Shown here piece by piece: positions 9,884-19,793 of a DNA stretch of 64,000 nucleotides. Made by a program: the position numbers and the translations under genes. Source of the stretch: Marispirochaeta sp. (GTDB lineage: Bacteria > Spirochaetota > Spirochaetia > JC444 > Marispirochaetaceae); assembly GCA_963676835.2 (NCBI GenBank), contig CAXXFF010000002.1, forward strand, positions 928,001-992,000. Reading direction: 5' to 3'. The notes under the pieces were generated by a model. That model saw only the letters and a list, made by a program, of their open reading frames with translations, ran no database searches and was not told the DNA's origin. The first letter of the stretch is position 1, and every line of letters starts with the position of its first letter.

Positions 9884-11135
9884 AATATATGAGCTGGAAG
9901 AGCTGCAGGAAGATTATGAACTCCTGGTTGATATCGACGAGGAAGAGTTCAGAAAGAAGTATGCTCAAGTAACGGAGCAGATGAAAGCAAGCGGTTCCTG
10001 GTATTATCTGAAGAATTCCTTCAAAGGAAGTCTTCCCCTGGATTTTACCAACCCTCAATTTGATGAAGTCCAGGGAGAAAAACACCTTGGGCTGGGGCGC
10101 AGTTCATTTTATGATCAGTTTCTGGACGAGGTTTCCATTCTCTGCAACCACAAGGTTCATCAGAGTGATTACATGCTCTGGATAAATCCGGCAGATCCTT
10201 ATGAATCATTAAACTACTATATTGATACTGCAGAAGCAATCGAGTTCAGTCTCGAGGGGGTTGCCCTTGAAGATATCAGAAAAGCATCTGCGATCGGATA
10301 CCGGGCGCCGGACCGGCGTGAACTTGGTACCAGCTATATGACTGTCTGGGAAATTAATCAGATTCTGTTTTCCCCGGCTGTGGAAAAAACAGTCTTTCAT
10401 TTGCGGGGAGGCCTTAAAGGTGGGGATGTCCGGAAGGTCCTGGGAGATCTCGTTGGAGAGGACAGGATAGTTGAAGATGAACTTTGGGATTTTGAGTTCA
10501 GGACAGAAAGGCATAAAAGTCTGCTTACACCAAAGAAATATTGGCCTCTGGAAAACCAGCCGGTTATTTTTCTTGCCGGTCCTTTAAACTCCGCGCCTCA
10601 ATGGCAGCGACAGGCTTCATGCATGATTTTCAACAGGATGAAAAAGGTTACGGTCTGTTCTCCCAGAATGATTTCCCATGAGGAGCAGGGGTGTGACTAT
10701 ACCTTTACCCGGCAACGTGCCTGGGAACGGTATTATATGGACAGGGCGGCGGAGTACGGCACAATTTTGTTCTGGATGCCGGAAGTTGATCCGCAGCATG
10801 ACTACAAAGGATTAACCTACGGTGCAACCACACGGTTTGAACTGGGGGAGTGGATGACCCGTGCCTCCCTGGATAAGAGCATCAATGTGGAGATCGGGGC
10901 ACAGGAGGGGTTTAACACCATTCACACCATAGCCTACGATATGCAGAGGCTTCTGCCGGAAAAGGTTCTGCATACGAGTCTAAGCAGTCTTGTGGATGCG
11001 GCAATTGAACATGCCGGGAAGAAATTCACCGGCCGCAGGGTAAGAAACGATAACCCCGGTGAGATAGCAGATTTAATTCCCATAAGAGATAAACCACGTT
11101 CCGCAGGGCGTGCTGACCCTGCGGGCGGTGTATAA
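9867..11135 (+). CDS. Protein with unknown acidic N-terminal region and C-terminal nucleoside 2-deoxyribosyltransferase-like domain
   Basis: VIFLAGP..WQ, VCSPR, QRAWERYYMDRA, ILFWMP and TTRFELGEW match NDT-like motifs. Overlaps the SIMPL gene. Confidence 0.65.
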   Translation: MNSSDEIYELEELQEDYELLVDIDEEEFRKKYAQVTEQMKASGSWYYLKNSFKGSLPLDFTNPQFDEVQGEKHLGLGRSSFYDQFLDEVSILCNHKVHQSDYMLWINPADPYESLNYYIDTAEAIEFSLEGVALEDIRKASAIGYRAPDRRELGTSYMTVWEINQILFSPAVEKTVFHLRGGLKGGDVRKVLGDLVGEDRIVEDELWDFEFRTERHKSLLTPKKYWPLENQPVIFLAGPLNSAPQWQRQASCMIFNRMKKVTVCSPRMISHEEQGCDYTFTRQRAWERYYMDRAAEYGTILFWMPEVDPQHDYKGLTYGATTRFELGEWMTRASLDKSINVEIGAQEGFNTIHTIAYDMQRLLPEKVLHTSLSSLVDAAIEHAGKKFTGRRVRNDNPGEIADLIPIRDKPRSAGRADPAGGV

Positions 11136-11185
11136 TGTGCTGGTTGTCGGCGGGAGAGATGACAGCCCTCTGAAAGAGCTGCAGC

Positions 11186-12532
11186 TCAGGGCATCCAGCC
11201 GCCGATGTCCCGGAAAAAGTGGTTGAGCATTCCCGGATACTCCGGATGATGTTCTACCGATGAATCCGCGGCAGTCTGGAGTCCCTTCTGCGGATCAAGG
11301 TCATATATCTGATAGGCTGTTTCCCGGATCATCTGCCACTGGGGGTAGTCTTCCATCAGCGGCCAGCCGTTTTCTTTCCCCCAACTATAGGCTTCATCCA
11401 TGCTTGCCAGGAGACTGCTGTACAGCGATTTGAAACTGTAGTCACCCTGTTCCATGCTGTTTACAATTTCAAGGCGGCGTTCCATCTCCATTTTCAGCAT
11501 GAAAAATTCCGGTTTTCCGGCGGCATCAATTACTGCCTGAATGACGGATTTATCTCTTAACTTCTGTACTGCCTGAATAAAGAGGGAAATATTACCATTT
11601 ACACTCTCTTCTATTGCTATGCGTGCAATAGCTTCCTGATCCTCAAGGTTGTCCAGGGCTGCCTGGCGTTCCCAGGACTGGTAGTTCGCGGACATTCCTG
11701 CAAGGCTTGAAGACTGATTAAGGGCAATATCCTTAAGGATCTTCTGGTCTTGTATACGGCGGATTAAAACATCCGTATGCACTCCCATCAGGGTTACACC
11801 CATGCCGGGCCGGGTAATCTTGCGGATTATCGATTCTTCTGTTTCTGTCATCAATGCCCGTGCTGTTGACATTATGATAGTGGTGCGGCCATTAAGAGAC
11901 AGGTATTCAAGAGCTTTTTTCTCTGTAATACGGCCAAGGGCTACATTCTGAACAAAACCGCCGCTGTCCACCATTGCGAGCTCTTTGAGCAGGTCCTGGT
12001 CCTCAAGTTTGCTCACCATGGTGTAGCGGATGCTCGAATCCTCTTCTTTTTTTATCAGCCGGGCAAGCAGGTCCTGCCGGGTGATTTTGGCTGCGGCGAT
12101 TTTGCGGATAAAAGACTCCTTCTCTTTTTCCACAAATTCGGCCAGGGTCTGCTGGTCGTTAATTCTGATTACTGCATCCACCCGGACTGCGGCTTCCCTG
12201 TCGTTCAGGGCAATCTTATGCAGGATATCTGTATTGCGCAGCAGTTTTACTGCCTCGACTCTTTTGCCAAGTACTGTGTTTTTTTCTGCAATTTCAGTAA
12301 TGCGGCGGTCCGCAGCCCTGCGTATCTCCGGGTTAGGGCTTTTTTGTCGTAAGTGTGAAAGAAGTTTGGGTGAGTTCGATTTCTTCAGGGCAACAAGAAG
12401 TATTCCTTCGTCTGTTTCGCTGGTCAGAATCTTATCAAGGATTTTATCATCCTGAATTTTTTCGACCGCCTGCCTACGGATGGAAACATCCGGGTTTTTC
12501 CATTTAGGCTTAAATAAATCTGCTAATCCCAT
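11186..12532 (-). CDS. HEAT-like short helical repeat protein
   Basis: Repeated ~25-aa units (vR..Av.ki.Dq..L..ia), N-terminal FKPKWKNPD. Confidence 0.65.
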   Translation of the reverse strand: MGLADLFKPKWKNPDVSIRRQAVEKIQDDKILDKILTSETDEGILLVALKKSNSPKLLSHLRQKSPNPEIRRAADRRITEIAEKNTVLGKRVEAVKLLRNTDILHKIALNDREAAVRVDAVIRINDQQTLAEFVEKEKESFIRKIAAAKITRQDLLARLIKKEEDSSIRYTMVSKLEDQDLLKELAMVDSGGFVQNVALGRITEKKALEYLSLNGRTTIIMSTARALMTETEESIIRKITRPGMGVTLMGVHTDVLIRRIQDQKILKDIALNQSSSLAGMSANYQSWERQAALDNLEDQEAIARIAIEESVNGNISLFIQAVQKLRDKSVIQAVIDAAGKPEFFMLKMEMERRLEIVNSMEQGDYSFKSLYSSLLASMDEAYSWGKENGWPLMEDYPQWQMIRETAYQIYDLDPQKGLQTAADSSVEHHPEYPGMLNHFFRDIGGWMP

Positions 12533-12618
12533 TTTTTATCTCCATATTTTTTGGTAGATAAATCCTAACGTAGAAAATGGGATAATGCACGTGAAAAATT
12601 ATCGCAGTAACTAAAGGC

Positions 12619-14385
12619 CTAGTCCGTCTCCACCGGAATAGAAAGACTGAACACCGGATGCGGAGATCGCTCTATGCGGAGGTCGCCGCCTATCTGCTGG
12701 ACCAGGGTCGAAATAAGCCGCAGGCCCAGGGTTGTGCCCTTTTCGAAATCAACGTCTTCAGCAATAGGATCCCCGTTATTTGAGAATGTGACCAGGTAGT
12801 TTGTATCCTGCTGACGAATGTCGATCTTAATCTTCGGATCGTCATTATCGGTAAATCCGTGTTTAACTGCATTGGTTGCAAGTTCGTTGATTATCAGTCC
12901 CAGGGTAACCGCCCTGCGGGTATCGATGTTGAGGTCGGTAACGTTAAAGTTAATGCCGATTTTACGGTTGAAATTATGTACCGCGGTAAAGATAACCTGA
13001 CGGATATAGGGGCCCAGAGGAATTGAGCTGATATTTGCGGAGTCCTGCAGCTGCTGATGCAGGGAGGTTATGGCCTGTACCCGGGAGAGAAGGTCCGCCA
13101 GATCGGCAGTTTCCCCCAGTTCCGCATTTTTCAGGCTTATAAGGGATCCCACCATCATAAGGTTGTTTTTTACCCGGTGATTCAGTTCTTCCCGGAGCAG
13201 CTTTTCCTCAGACAGGGTCTGGAGCAGTTGTCTTTCTGCTTCTTTCTGCTCATTGATCAGTATTGCAGTAATATAAATAAGGTGGGTATCTCGCAGTTCA
13301 ATTAGCTCAAAAGATGCCAGAACTTCAAGTGATGTTCCATATTTTGTTTGAATGGTGATTTCCTTGTTTCGCAGGAACCCTTTATCTTGAAGGATATTTA
13401 TGATCCATGATTCCGTCTCCCGTGACACTCCCAGTATATCAGCAGCTCTGTTCTGATTGACTTCTTTCCATGAGTATCCGGTATGTTTGGAAAATGAAGG
13501 GTTTACATCCACCCATCCCAGAGTCTCCATCTCTATCAGTCCTATCATGGCAGGACTGGTTTCAAAGAGTTTTGTATATTTTTCTTCGGACAATACCAGG
13601 GCAGTAATATCCCTGCTTACCCCGAAGACCGCAGGATTACCGTTCCATACCGCCATGGAAACACGCGTTTCCACGGGGATAGTTCTGCCGCTTTTAGAAA
13701 CAAGGGGTATGCTGCATTTATCCTTTGTTCCTGAAAGCATTTCCTGTACTGTATGCAGTGCTTCTTCCCTTCTTGGTTCCGGGTGGACCTGCAGTACCGA
13801 TTTGCCGATGAGCTCTTCTCTCGAATAATCGAGATTGGTAAGGGAAGTACTGTTTGTATCGATTATATTGCCCTGTTCATCCAGTACCCAGAGATAGTCG
13901 AGGCTTCCGTTAAAGAATGCCCGGAAATTATTTTCACTCTGTTCTATTCTGGATTTCATGTTTTCCTGATCTGAAACATCCCGGTGTGTCCCGTACAGCC
14001 ATTCCGGCCGGCCTTCGGGGGTGCGGCTTACAACCGCTGCCCGTGCATCAATCCAGAGCCAGTGACCTTTTCTGTGTTTCATGCGCACGGTGCACTGGTA
14101 CGAATCTGTTTCGCCGGCCAGGTAGCGTGCTATTGCTGCATCCGAACGTTTCAGATCTTCAGGATGTACATGCTGATGCCAGGCGACAACAGAAAGAGGA
14201 GCAAGTTCTTTTAATGTATACCCGAGCATATTCGCCCAGCTTTCATTAAAGAAGACTTCCTCAGTTAACAAATTAAACTCCCATGTTCCAATCCCCGTCA
14301 GTTCAAGAGCTGCCTGTATGCGGCTTTCTTTGTCTGACGGAAGATTTGAGGGTGTATTACTGACGGAAGAAGTCCTTTGCTTCAT
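12619..14385 (-). CDS. Cytoplasmic multi-PAS histidine kinase (HisKA_2 type)
   Basis: Three PAS domains, ELNHRVKNNL H-box, NELATNAVKHG N-box, TLGLRLI G2 box. Confidence 0.9.
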   Translation of the reverse strand: MKQRTSSVSNTPSNLPSDKESRIQAALELTGIGTWEFNLLTEEVFFNESWANMLGYTLKELAPLSVVAWHQHVHPEDLKRSDAAIARYLAGETDSYQCTVRMKHRKGHWLWIDARAAVVSRTPEGRPEWLYGTHRDVSDQENMKSRIEQSENNFRAFFNGSLDYLWVLDEQGNIIDTNSTSLTNLDYSREELIGKSVLQVHPEPRREEALHTVQEMLSGTKDKCSIPLVSKSGRTIPVETRVSMAVWNGNPAVFGVSRDITALVLSEEKYTKLFETSPAMIGLIEMETLGWVDVNPSFSKHTGYSWKEVNQNRAADILGVSRETESWIINILQDKGFLRNKEITIQTKYGTSLEVLASFELIELRDTHLIYITAILINEQKEAERQLLQTLSEEKLLREELNHRVKNNLMMVGSLISLKNAELGETADLADLLSRVQAITSLHQQLQDSANISSIPLGPYIRQVIFTAVHNFNRKIGINFNVTDLNIDTRRAVTLGLIINELATNAVKHGFTDNDDPKIKIDIRQQDTNYLVTFSNNGDPIAEDVDFEKGTTLGLRLISTLVQQIGGDLRIERSPHPVFSLSIPVETD

Positions 14386-14587
14386 TAGGTACCTGTTACA
14401 TAAGTTATAGCTATTGGTAATAAAATTTCAAACGGAAACTACTATTCTAAGGTGAAAAGAAGCACGGGTCAATTTGAAATATGTTGCAGAGTGTTTTAAT
14501 TCCCTCCTGTTATGCAAAAAATGGAATAAGCGATGATTGGGATTAAATAATTGATAATCAGAGGATACATCATATACAATTAACAGA

Positions 14588-15811
14588 ATGAGACGCTCCG
14601 AACTCAAGCGCTTTTCTCTCAGTTTCTTCGACGGAGATACTGAACGGCAGTTTCAGCAGGTCCATCAGAATCCCCGGGAGATTCGGGCTATCTTTATAAT
14701 CTCCGTAAGTTTCTACATGCTCTATACAGCCCTGGATTTTGTTCTGTTTCCGGATCTTGTAGTAAAGCTTATCCTTATTCGGGTGTTGTTTTTTCTCCCT
14801 GTGGTTGCATTGCTGTACTCCCTTACCTTTACCAAAATCTATTACAAAATTGCCACATCCATTCTAATTGTTCTTGCCATTTCCAGTGCCGCCGGTGTTC
14901 TCTATATGTTGTATCTTGTCCGGGACAACCGGTATGCCTGGTTGTTTTACTTCGGCGTAGCTCAGATAATGCTCATGTTCTTCGGTATAGGCAGGGCGAA
15001 TGTCGTTCCTTCTGCAATAACAGGGCTTGCCATTATTTCAGCTTCAGTAGTTGTTGATACAGTTTTTGTTGAAACCGACAGTAAGGCCACCCTCATTAAG
15101 GTGGTTTATCTGGTAACCATGGGAGGCATGGGGCTTTCTATCTGCGGGATTATTCAGTACAGAGCCCGGGAGAACTTCTGGTCCATGCGCAAGGTGGAGG
15201 AAATCTCCATAACTGATACTCTCACCGGGCTGCACAACCGGCGCTACTTTCAGCAGGAACTCGAAAAAGAAGTGGTTAACTATGCCAATAAGTATCCTTC
15301 ATCAGAACACCAGACTTACGAACGTGCAAAGGAGTGGCCCCTTAACCGGCAGTACGGCATAGTGCTCCTCGACCTGGACAAGTTTAAGCGTATTAACGAC
15401 AAATACGGCCACGCCGCAGGCGATGTGGTCCTGGTGGAATTTACCCGTAGAATACGCAGTATAATCCGCAATACCGACGCCTTTATCCGCTGGGGAGGTG
15501 AGGAGTTTCTGCTGATCCTGCGGAATACCCATATTGATTTTATAAATAAATTTTCAGTGATGATTCAGCGGGAAATAAGCAGCAAGCCTTTTAATATTGG
15601 ATCAGAGCAGCTGCGGGTAACAACATCCGGGGGTGTTATGCTGATTCCGGTTCATTCCGAGGAGAACCTGAAAAGTTCCGAGCTGCTTATTCGTCTGGTG
15701 GATAAGGCCCTCTATCATGCCAAAGAAAACGGGCGCAACCGGATAAGCCTGGTTACGCCCGAGGATTCGCTTCAGGAAGAAAAGATAAGCTTCAGCTTTC
15801 TTCCTCAATAA
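14588..15811 (+). CDS. Membrane-bound diguanylate cyclase
   Basis: About 6 TM helices, DTLTGLHNRR, DLDKFKRIND, RNTD I-site, RWGGEEF. Confidence 0.9.
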   Translation: MRRSELKRFSLSFFDGDTERQFQQVHQNPREIRAIFIISVSFYMLYTALDFVLFPDLVVKLILIRVLFFLPVVALLYSLTFTKIYYKIATSILIVLAISSAAGVLYMLYLVRDNRYAWLFYFGVAQIMLMFFGIGRANVVPSAITGLAIISASVVVDTVFVETDSKATLIKVVYLVTMGGMGLSICGIIQYRARENFWSMRKVEEISITDTLTGLHNRRYFQQELEKEVVNYANKYPSSEHQTYERAKEWPLNRQYGIVLLDLDKFKRINDKYGHAAGDVVLVEFTRRIRSIIRNTDAFIRWGGEEFLLILRNTHIDFINKFSVMIQREISSKPFNIGSEQLRVTTSGGVMLIPVHSEENLKSSELLIRLVDKALYHAKENGRNRISLVTPEDSLQEEKISFSFLPQ

Positions 15812-15834
15812 ACTTTACTTCTTCTCTTTCCGGT

Positions 15835-16842
15835 TTATTCGATAACCTCTTTGGCCTTTTCCAGAACTTCAGCAGGAAAATCAATGCCAATCTGCTTTGC
15901 AACCGCGGCGTTAACAATCATTTCCATATGGGCAGGATCGCTGACAACTGTTGTGGGCATGGATTCGGGTTTTTCACCTTTGATAATTTTATCCATAATG
16001 CGTCCCGTTTCCTGGCCGATGAAGTACCAGTCAAATCCCCAGGCAATATAGATGGGATTGTCCTTTGCAGATGCTGTGTCCGCAGAAAGTACGGGAACCT
16101 TGTTGTCGATGGCTGTCTGAGCCAGCCCGCCCAGGGCGGAAACAACGGTGTTGTCGTTGGTCACATAGATTGCATCAACCCGCTTGATAATGGATTCGGT
16201 GGCAGATTTTACTTCTGCAGAGGAGGTGATGGAGGTTCCGAGGTATTCGATTCCCAGTTCTGCACAGGCTTTCTTTACCTGTTCAGCCTGGAACATGGCA
16301 TTGTCTTCATTTCCGGTATACACCTGTCCAAGAACCTTTACCTCGTGGAATGACATAAGAAACTCAATCTGTTCCTTGAAGGGGTTTTTGTAGGACGTGC
16401 CGTTTATGCCGGGGTCTCCCATATCCAGGGATTTTACCAGTCCAGCAGAGACGGGGTCGGTAATGGCTGCGTACACCACCGGAGCGTTGGTTACCCCGTT
16501 TTTCAGTGCCTGAGCATTGGGGGTGGCAATTCCTACAACCAGGTCCATCTTTTTGGACTGAAAAAGGGATGCAATCTGACGGGTGGTGGAAACATCGGCA
16601 TTGGAGTTCTGGTAATCATACTCGATGTCCGCATGACCAAGGGCTGCCAGTTCATCCTGTATGCCTTTATATACTGCATCAAGTGCAGGGTGCTGAACAA
16701 ACTGGCTTACGCCGATTTTCAGGCTCTTTTTTGCTTCTGCTGCTGGCTGTGCTGCGGACGCTTCCTTTTTTCCGCTGCAGCCGGTCAGGGCAAGAGCGGC
16801 AATCAGGGTAATAATCATGGCTGAAAGTAGAGTCTTTTTCAT
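15835..16842 (-). CDS. ABC transporter substrate-binding lipoprotein (ABC_sub_bind family)
   Basis: Lipobox LTGC; QFVQHPALD, IATPNAQ, AITDPVSAGLV, NDNTVVSA. No permease gene adjacent. Confidence 0.88.
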   Translation of the reverse strand: MKKTLLSAMIITLIAALALTGCSGKKEASAAQPAAEAKKSLKIGVSQFVQHPALDAVYKGIQDELAALGHADIEYDYQNSNADVSTTRQIASLFQSKKMDLVVGIATPNAQALKNGVTNAPVVYAAITDPVSAGLVKSLDMGDPGINGTSYKNPFKEQIEFLMSFHEVKVLGQVYTGNEDNAMFQAEQVKKACAELGIEYLGTSITSSAEVKSATESIIKRVDAIYVTNDNTVVSALGGLAQTAIDNKVPVLSADTASAKDNPIYIAWGFDWYFIGQETGRIMDKIIKGEKPESMPTTVVSDPAHMEMIVNAAVAKQIGIDFPAEVLEKAKEVIE

Positions 16843-16971
16843 GGTTCCTCTCTTTATCTCGCTATCTCGCGATATTCTCTGTATGAGAATCGATTCATAT
16901 GTTTCTATGTGAAGAATCGTACTTGTACTATGCTGTAATCAAGTGTTTCTGTCAATAGGAACATTCGGTGT

Positions 16972-17000
16972 TTGACTTATTTAGATCCCGGCTGTACTCT
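16972..17000 (+). promoter_or_regulatory. Sigma70-type promoter for larA-like gene, probably leaderless
   Basis: TTGACT (16972-16977)-N17-TACTCT (16995-17000). In-frame GTG 6 nt downstream at 17007 with no SD. Confidence 0.5.
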
Positions 17001-17006
17001 CTCTCT

Positions 17007-18287
17007 GTGAAAAGCATAAATCTGGCATTCGGACAGACCGGGCTTAGCGGTACTCTTCCGGAAAACTGGCATCCCGAGACAATAGAATCGGAATATAGCG
17101 AGAGCTCTCTCTCGTTAAAAGAGATGGTACAACAGGCCCTGCAGAACCCTGTGGGGACACCCGCTTTACGGGATATTGTCCAACCCGGGGAGACTGTCTG
17201 TATTGTATTTTCCGATATAACCCGGTCATGGCAGAAGACCGAAGAGTACCTGCCATTAATTGTTGAAGAACTTGAAGCGGCGGGTATCGATCCTTCGGAT
17301 ATAACCCTTTTGAGTGCATTAGGAACCCACCGGAAGCAGACAGAGGAAGAGCATCGGCGTATGACCGGCGATCTCTACGACCGCTGTACTGTATTTGACC
17401 ACGACTGCGATGATGCAGCTAATATGGTAAAAGTGGGTACCACCAGCCGGGGTACGGTGGTTGAACTGAACCGGGCGGCGGTGGAAGCGGACCGGCTGAT
17501 ACTGACCGGGGGCATTGTTTTCCACCTGATGGCAGGATACAGCGCCGGCCGCAAGGCTCTGGTTCCGGGAATTGCGAGCCGCAAAACCATCATGCAGAAC
17601 CATTCCTTAAGTCTCTCTCCGGAGAAGGGAGGAGGCTCTCACCCGCTCATCGGCTGCGACAGGGTTCTCGATAATCCTCTCCATGAAGATCTGATGGAGG
17701 CCCAGGAGTTTGTCAAACCTGACTTTATTGTCAATATTGTTCCGGGAAAGAGCTCTCCCGGTGCAGCTGTGGCTGGGCATTATATAAAGGCCCACGAAGA
17801 GGGGATTCGGATTCTCCGTGAGCAGTTTCTTATTCCCATTTCAGATAAACGTGACCTTGTTATCGCTTCCGCCGGCGGGTTTCCCGGGGACATAAACTTC
17901 TATCAGTCCGTAAAGTCCATGATTAATGCCGGTCAGGCTTTGAATGAGGGGGGCACCATGATTCTCTCTATCCGCTCTCAGGAGGGGCTGGGTAATCCTC
18001 TCATGGAGGAGATGATCGGAGACTTTTCCAATATTACAGAACGGGAAGCCTTTTTGCGGGATAACTATACTATCGGCCGCTTTATTGCCTACTACGGCTG
18101 TGAGCTTGCCGACCGGTTCCGGGTTATCCTTGTAACAGAAATGGATGAGCCATCCCTGAGCCGGGCGGGTATTTCCTGGTACGGTGACCTGCAGCAGGCC
18201 ATAGATGCCGCCGCGGAGATCCACGGAAGCACTCCTTTAAAGTGCTGGCATATTCCCGATGCTTCCCATTCATTTCCGAAGGTTTAA
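17007..18287 (+). CDS. larA: Nickel-pincer-dependent lactate racemase family (LarA/DUF2088) protein
   Basis: SDITR, LGTHR, GTTSRGT, FHLMAGYSAGRKALVPG, NH and YQSVK motifs. ORF track starts at 16968; GTG 17007 gives the typical N-terminus. Substrate not established. Confidence 0.85.
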   Translation: MKSINLAFGQTGLSGTLPENWHPETIESEYSESSLSLKEMVQQALQNPVGTPALRDIVQPGETVCIVFSDITRSWQKTEEYLPLIVEELEAAGIDPSDITLLSALGTHRKQTEEEHRRMTGDLYDRCTVFDHDCDDAANMVKVGTTSRGTVVELNRAAVEADRLILTGGIVFHLMAGYSAGRKALVPGIASRKTIMQNHSLSLSPEKGGGSHPLIGCDRVLDNPLHEDLMEAQEFVKPDFIVNIVPGKSSPGAAVAGHYIKAHEEGIRILREQFLIPISDKRDLVIASAGGFPGDINFYQSVKSMINAGQALNEGGTMILSIRSQEGLGNPLMEEMIGDFSNITEREAFLRDNYTIGRFIAYYGCELADRFRVILVTEMDEPSLSRAGISWYGDLQQAIDAAAEIHGSTPLKCWHIPDASHSFPKV

Positions 18288-18299
18288 ATGCCTCCCGGC

Positions 18300-18836
18300 T
18301 TACCTGCTGTGTGATGACAGCCTGCTGTACACCTCTGGTAGTCTGTTTTTCAGCAGAATCTTTTCCATAATAAGGGCTACTGCCAGGTAGACGGTAATGC
18401 CGGTAAGTACGTGTATGCCGGTAAACAGTGGACCGAAAAACCCCAGTTCATACATGGATATGGGAAGCTTCGTCGAAGTCCAGATACCTAACAGAAAAAT
18501 TATATAAGCCATGCGGGCCCCTTTTTTTGCAAGAAAGGCGGCTACGGGAAATGCCGCATAGAGGGGGCCTGCGGCAACGGTACCCAGGGCGAAGGCCCAG
18601 AGAAATCCCCGAACTCCTGCATCGTCGCCCATATGCCGTACTATTACCTCCCGGGGAACCCAGGTATCCAGCAGGTTAACAATAAGCAGAATCGGCGGAA
18701 GAATCCCCAGCATGGTAAAGGCGCTTTTCAGGGAAATCCCCGATGCTTTCAGCGCAATTTCTCTCTGAAAAAAAAAGAGGACAATAAATACCCCGAGGGT
18801 AATCAGGGTGTAGCGGTACTGCTTAAGGATTTTCAC
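18300..18836 (-). CDS. Small permease (DUF318/ArsP-like half)
   Basis: LLDTWVPRE, GPLYAAFPVA..L.KKGA motifs, hydrophobic. Confidence 0.75.
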   Translation of the reverse strand: MKILKQYRYTLITLGVFIVLFFFQREIALKASGISLKSAFTMLGILPPILLIVNLLDTWVPREVIVRHMGDDAGVRGFLWAFALGTVAAGPLYAAFPVAAFLAKKGARMAYIIFLLGIWTSTKLPISMYELGFFGPLFTGIHVLTGITVYLAVALIMEKILLKNRLPEVYSRLSSHSR

Positions 18837-19324
18837 ACCATTCCTCCTGTTAGCAGGCCGGCAATAAGGGCGATGAATATAATGGTCATAATAAGGCTTC
18901 CCAGATTCCGGTAAACAGCGAAAGGGGTGCCGAAGAAATCCTTCTCCATGGAGAAGGTGACAATGCCGATGCCCATGAGGGATGAGATGAATCCGGCAAT
19001 CTGGACGATTCCGGCGCCCTGTTCAAGCAGGGTTGCTCCCAGGGGAAAGGCGATGAAGCTGGGGAGAAACGAAACAGAACCGACACCAATGGCAATGAGT
19101 ATGCCTTTTAAGCCGGAAGAACTGCCCAGCATTGATGAAATGGATTCCGGAGAAATAACCGCAAGGCTCAGTCCTATAAGGAGGATTATAAAGCTCATCT
19201 GGGGAAGCAGTCGCAGTATTCCTTTTAAAGTCTTTTTCAAAGAGATAAGGGTTTTTTCCCTGCTGCGGAGCAGTGATAAAATGAGCAGCACAGTCGCAAT
19301 AGAGTAGAAAACAATAAAGTACAT
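18833..19324 (-). CDS. Small permease (DUF318/ArsP-like half), paired with the preceding gene
   Basis: PSFIAFPLGATLLEQGAG and EKDFFG..FA..RN motifs. 4-bp overlap with its partner. Confidence 0.75.
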   Translation of the reverse strand: MYFIVFYSIATVLLILSLLRSREKTLISLKKTLKGILRLLPQMSFIILLIGLSLAVISPESISSMLGSSSGLKGILIAIGVGSVSFLPSFIAFPLGATLLEQGAGIVQIAGFISSLMGIGIVTFSMEKDFFGTPFAVYRNLGSLIMTIIFIALIAGLLTGGMV

Positions 19325-19421
19325 TGGCGTTGTCCTCTTCGCTGAAAGCGGTAATCCGCCGGCAGATTTAGCCTATAGTTCAAGAGGGTACGAAAAATAG
19401 GGGATGATGTTAAGTCTATGT

Positions 19422-19793
19422 CTAAGGCTCCTGAATCAGCAGGGGGAGAATGTCGGCAATATGCACAGGCTTGACGAAAAATCCCAGTGGCTTGAATGCT
19501 TCTGCACGGCTGCGGGTGGATTCGTCAAAATTACCGGTGACAAAAATAAACTCTGTGGGAAGTTTCAGGTTTCTGCAATCTCCTACAAAATCAATTCCGT
19601 CCCGGCTGCCCTTAAGATGAATGTCAACCAGAGCGAAATCCGGCGAAGTCTGCTGTATACAATCTAATGCGGATTTCGCATCGGGAGAGATGCCCACCAC
19701 TTCAAATCCTCTGTCTTTCAACTCCATTTCGTAGGTAAGGGCAATAAGCATCTCATCTTCTACGATCAGTACTTTATTGCTCATTCGCGTCAT
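19422..19793 (-). CDS. Single-domain response regulator (receiver)
   Basis: VLIVEDE, LVDIHL (phospho-Asp), FVTG, KP. Confidence 0.9.
   Translation of the reverse strand: MTRMSNKVLIVEDEMLIALTYEMELKDRGFEVVGISPDAKSALDCIQQTSPDFALVDIHLKGSRDGIDFVGDCRNLKLPTEFIFVTGNFDESTRSRAEAFKPLGFFVKPVHIADILPLLIQEP

Noticed and set aside
16915..16945. Weak palindrome (ACTTG..CAAGT) upstream of the ABC binding protein as an amino-acid repressor box
   Set aside because: Only 5-bp arms and a single occurrence; consistent with chance.
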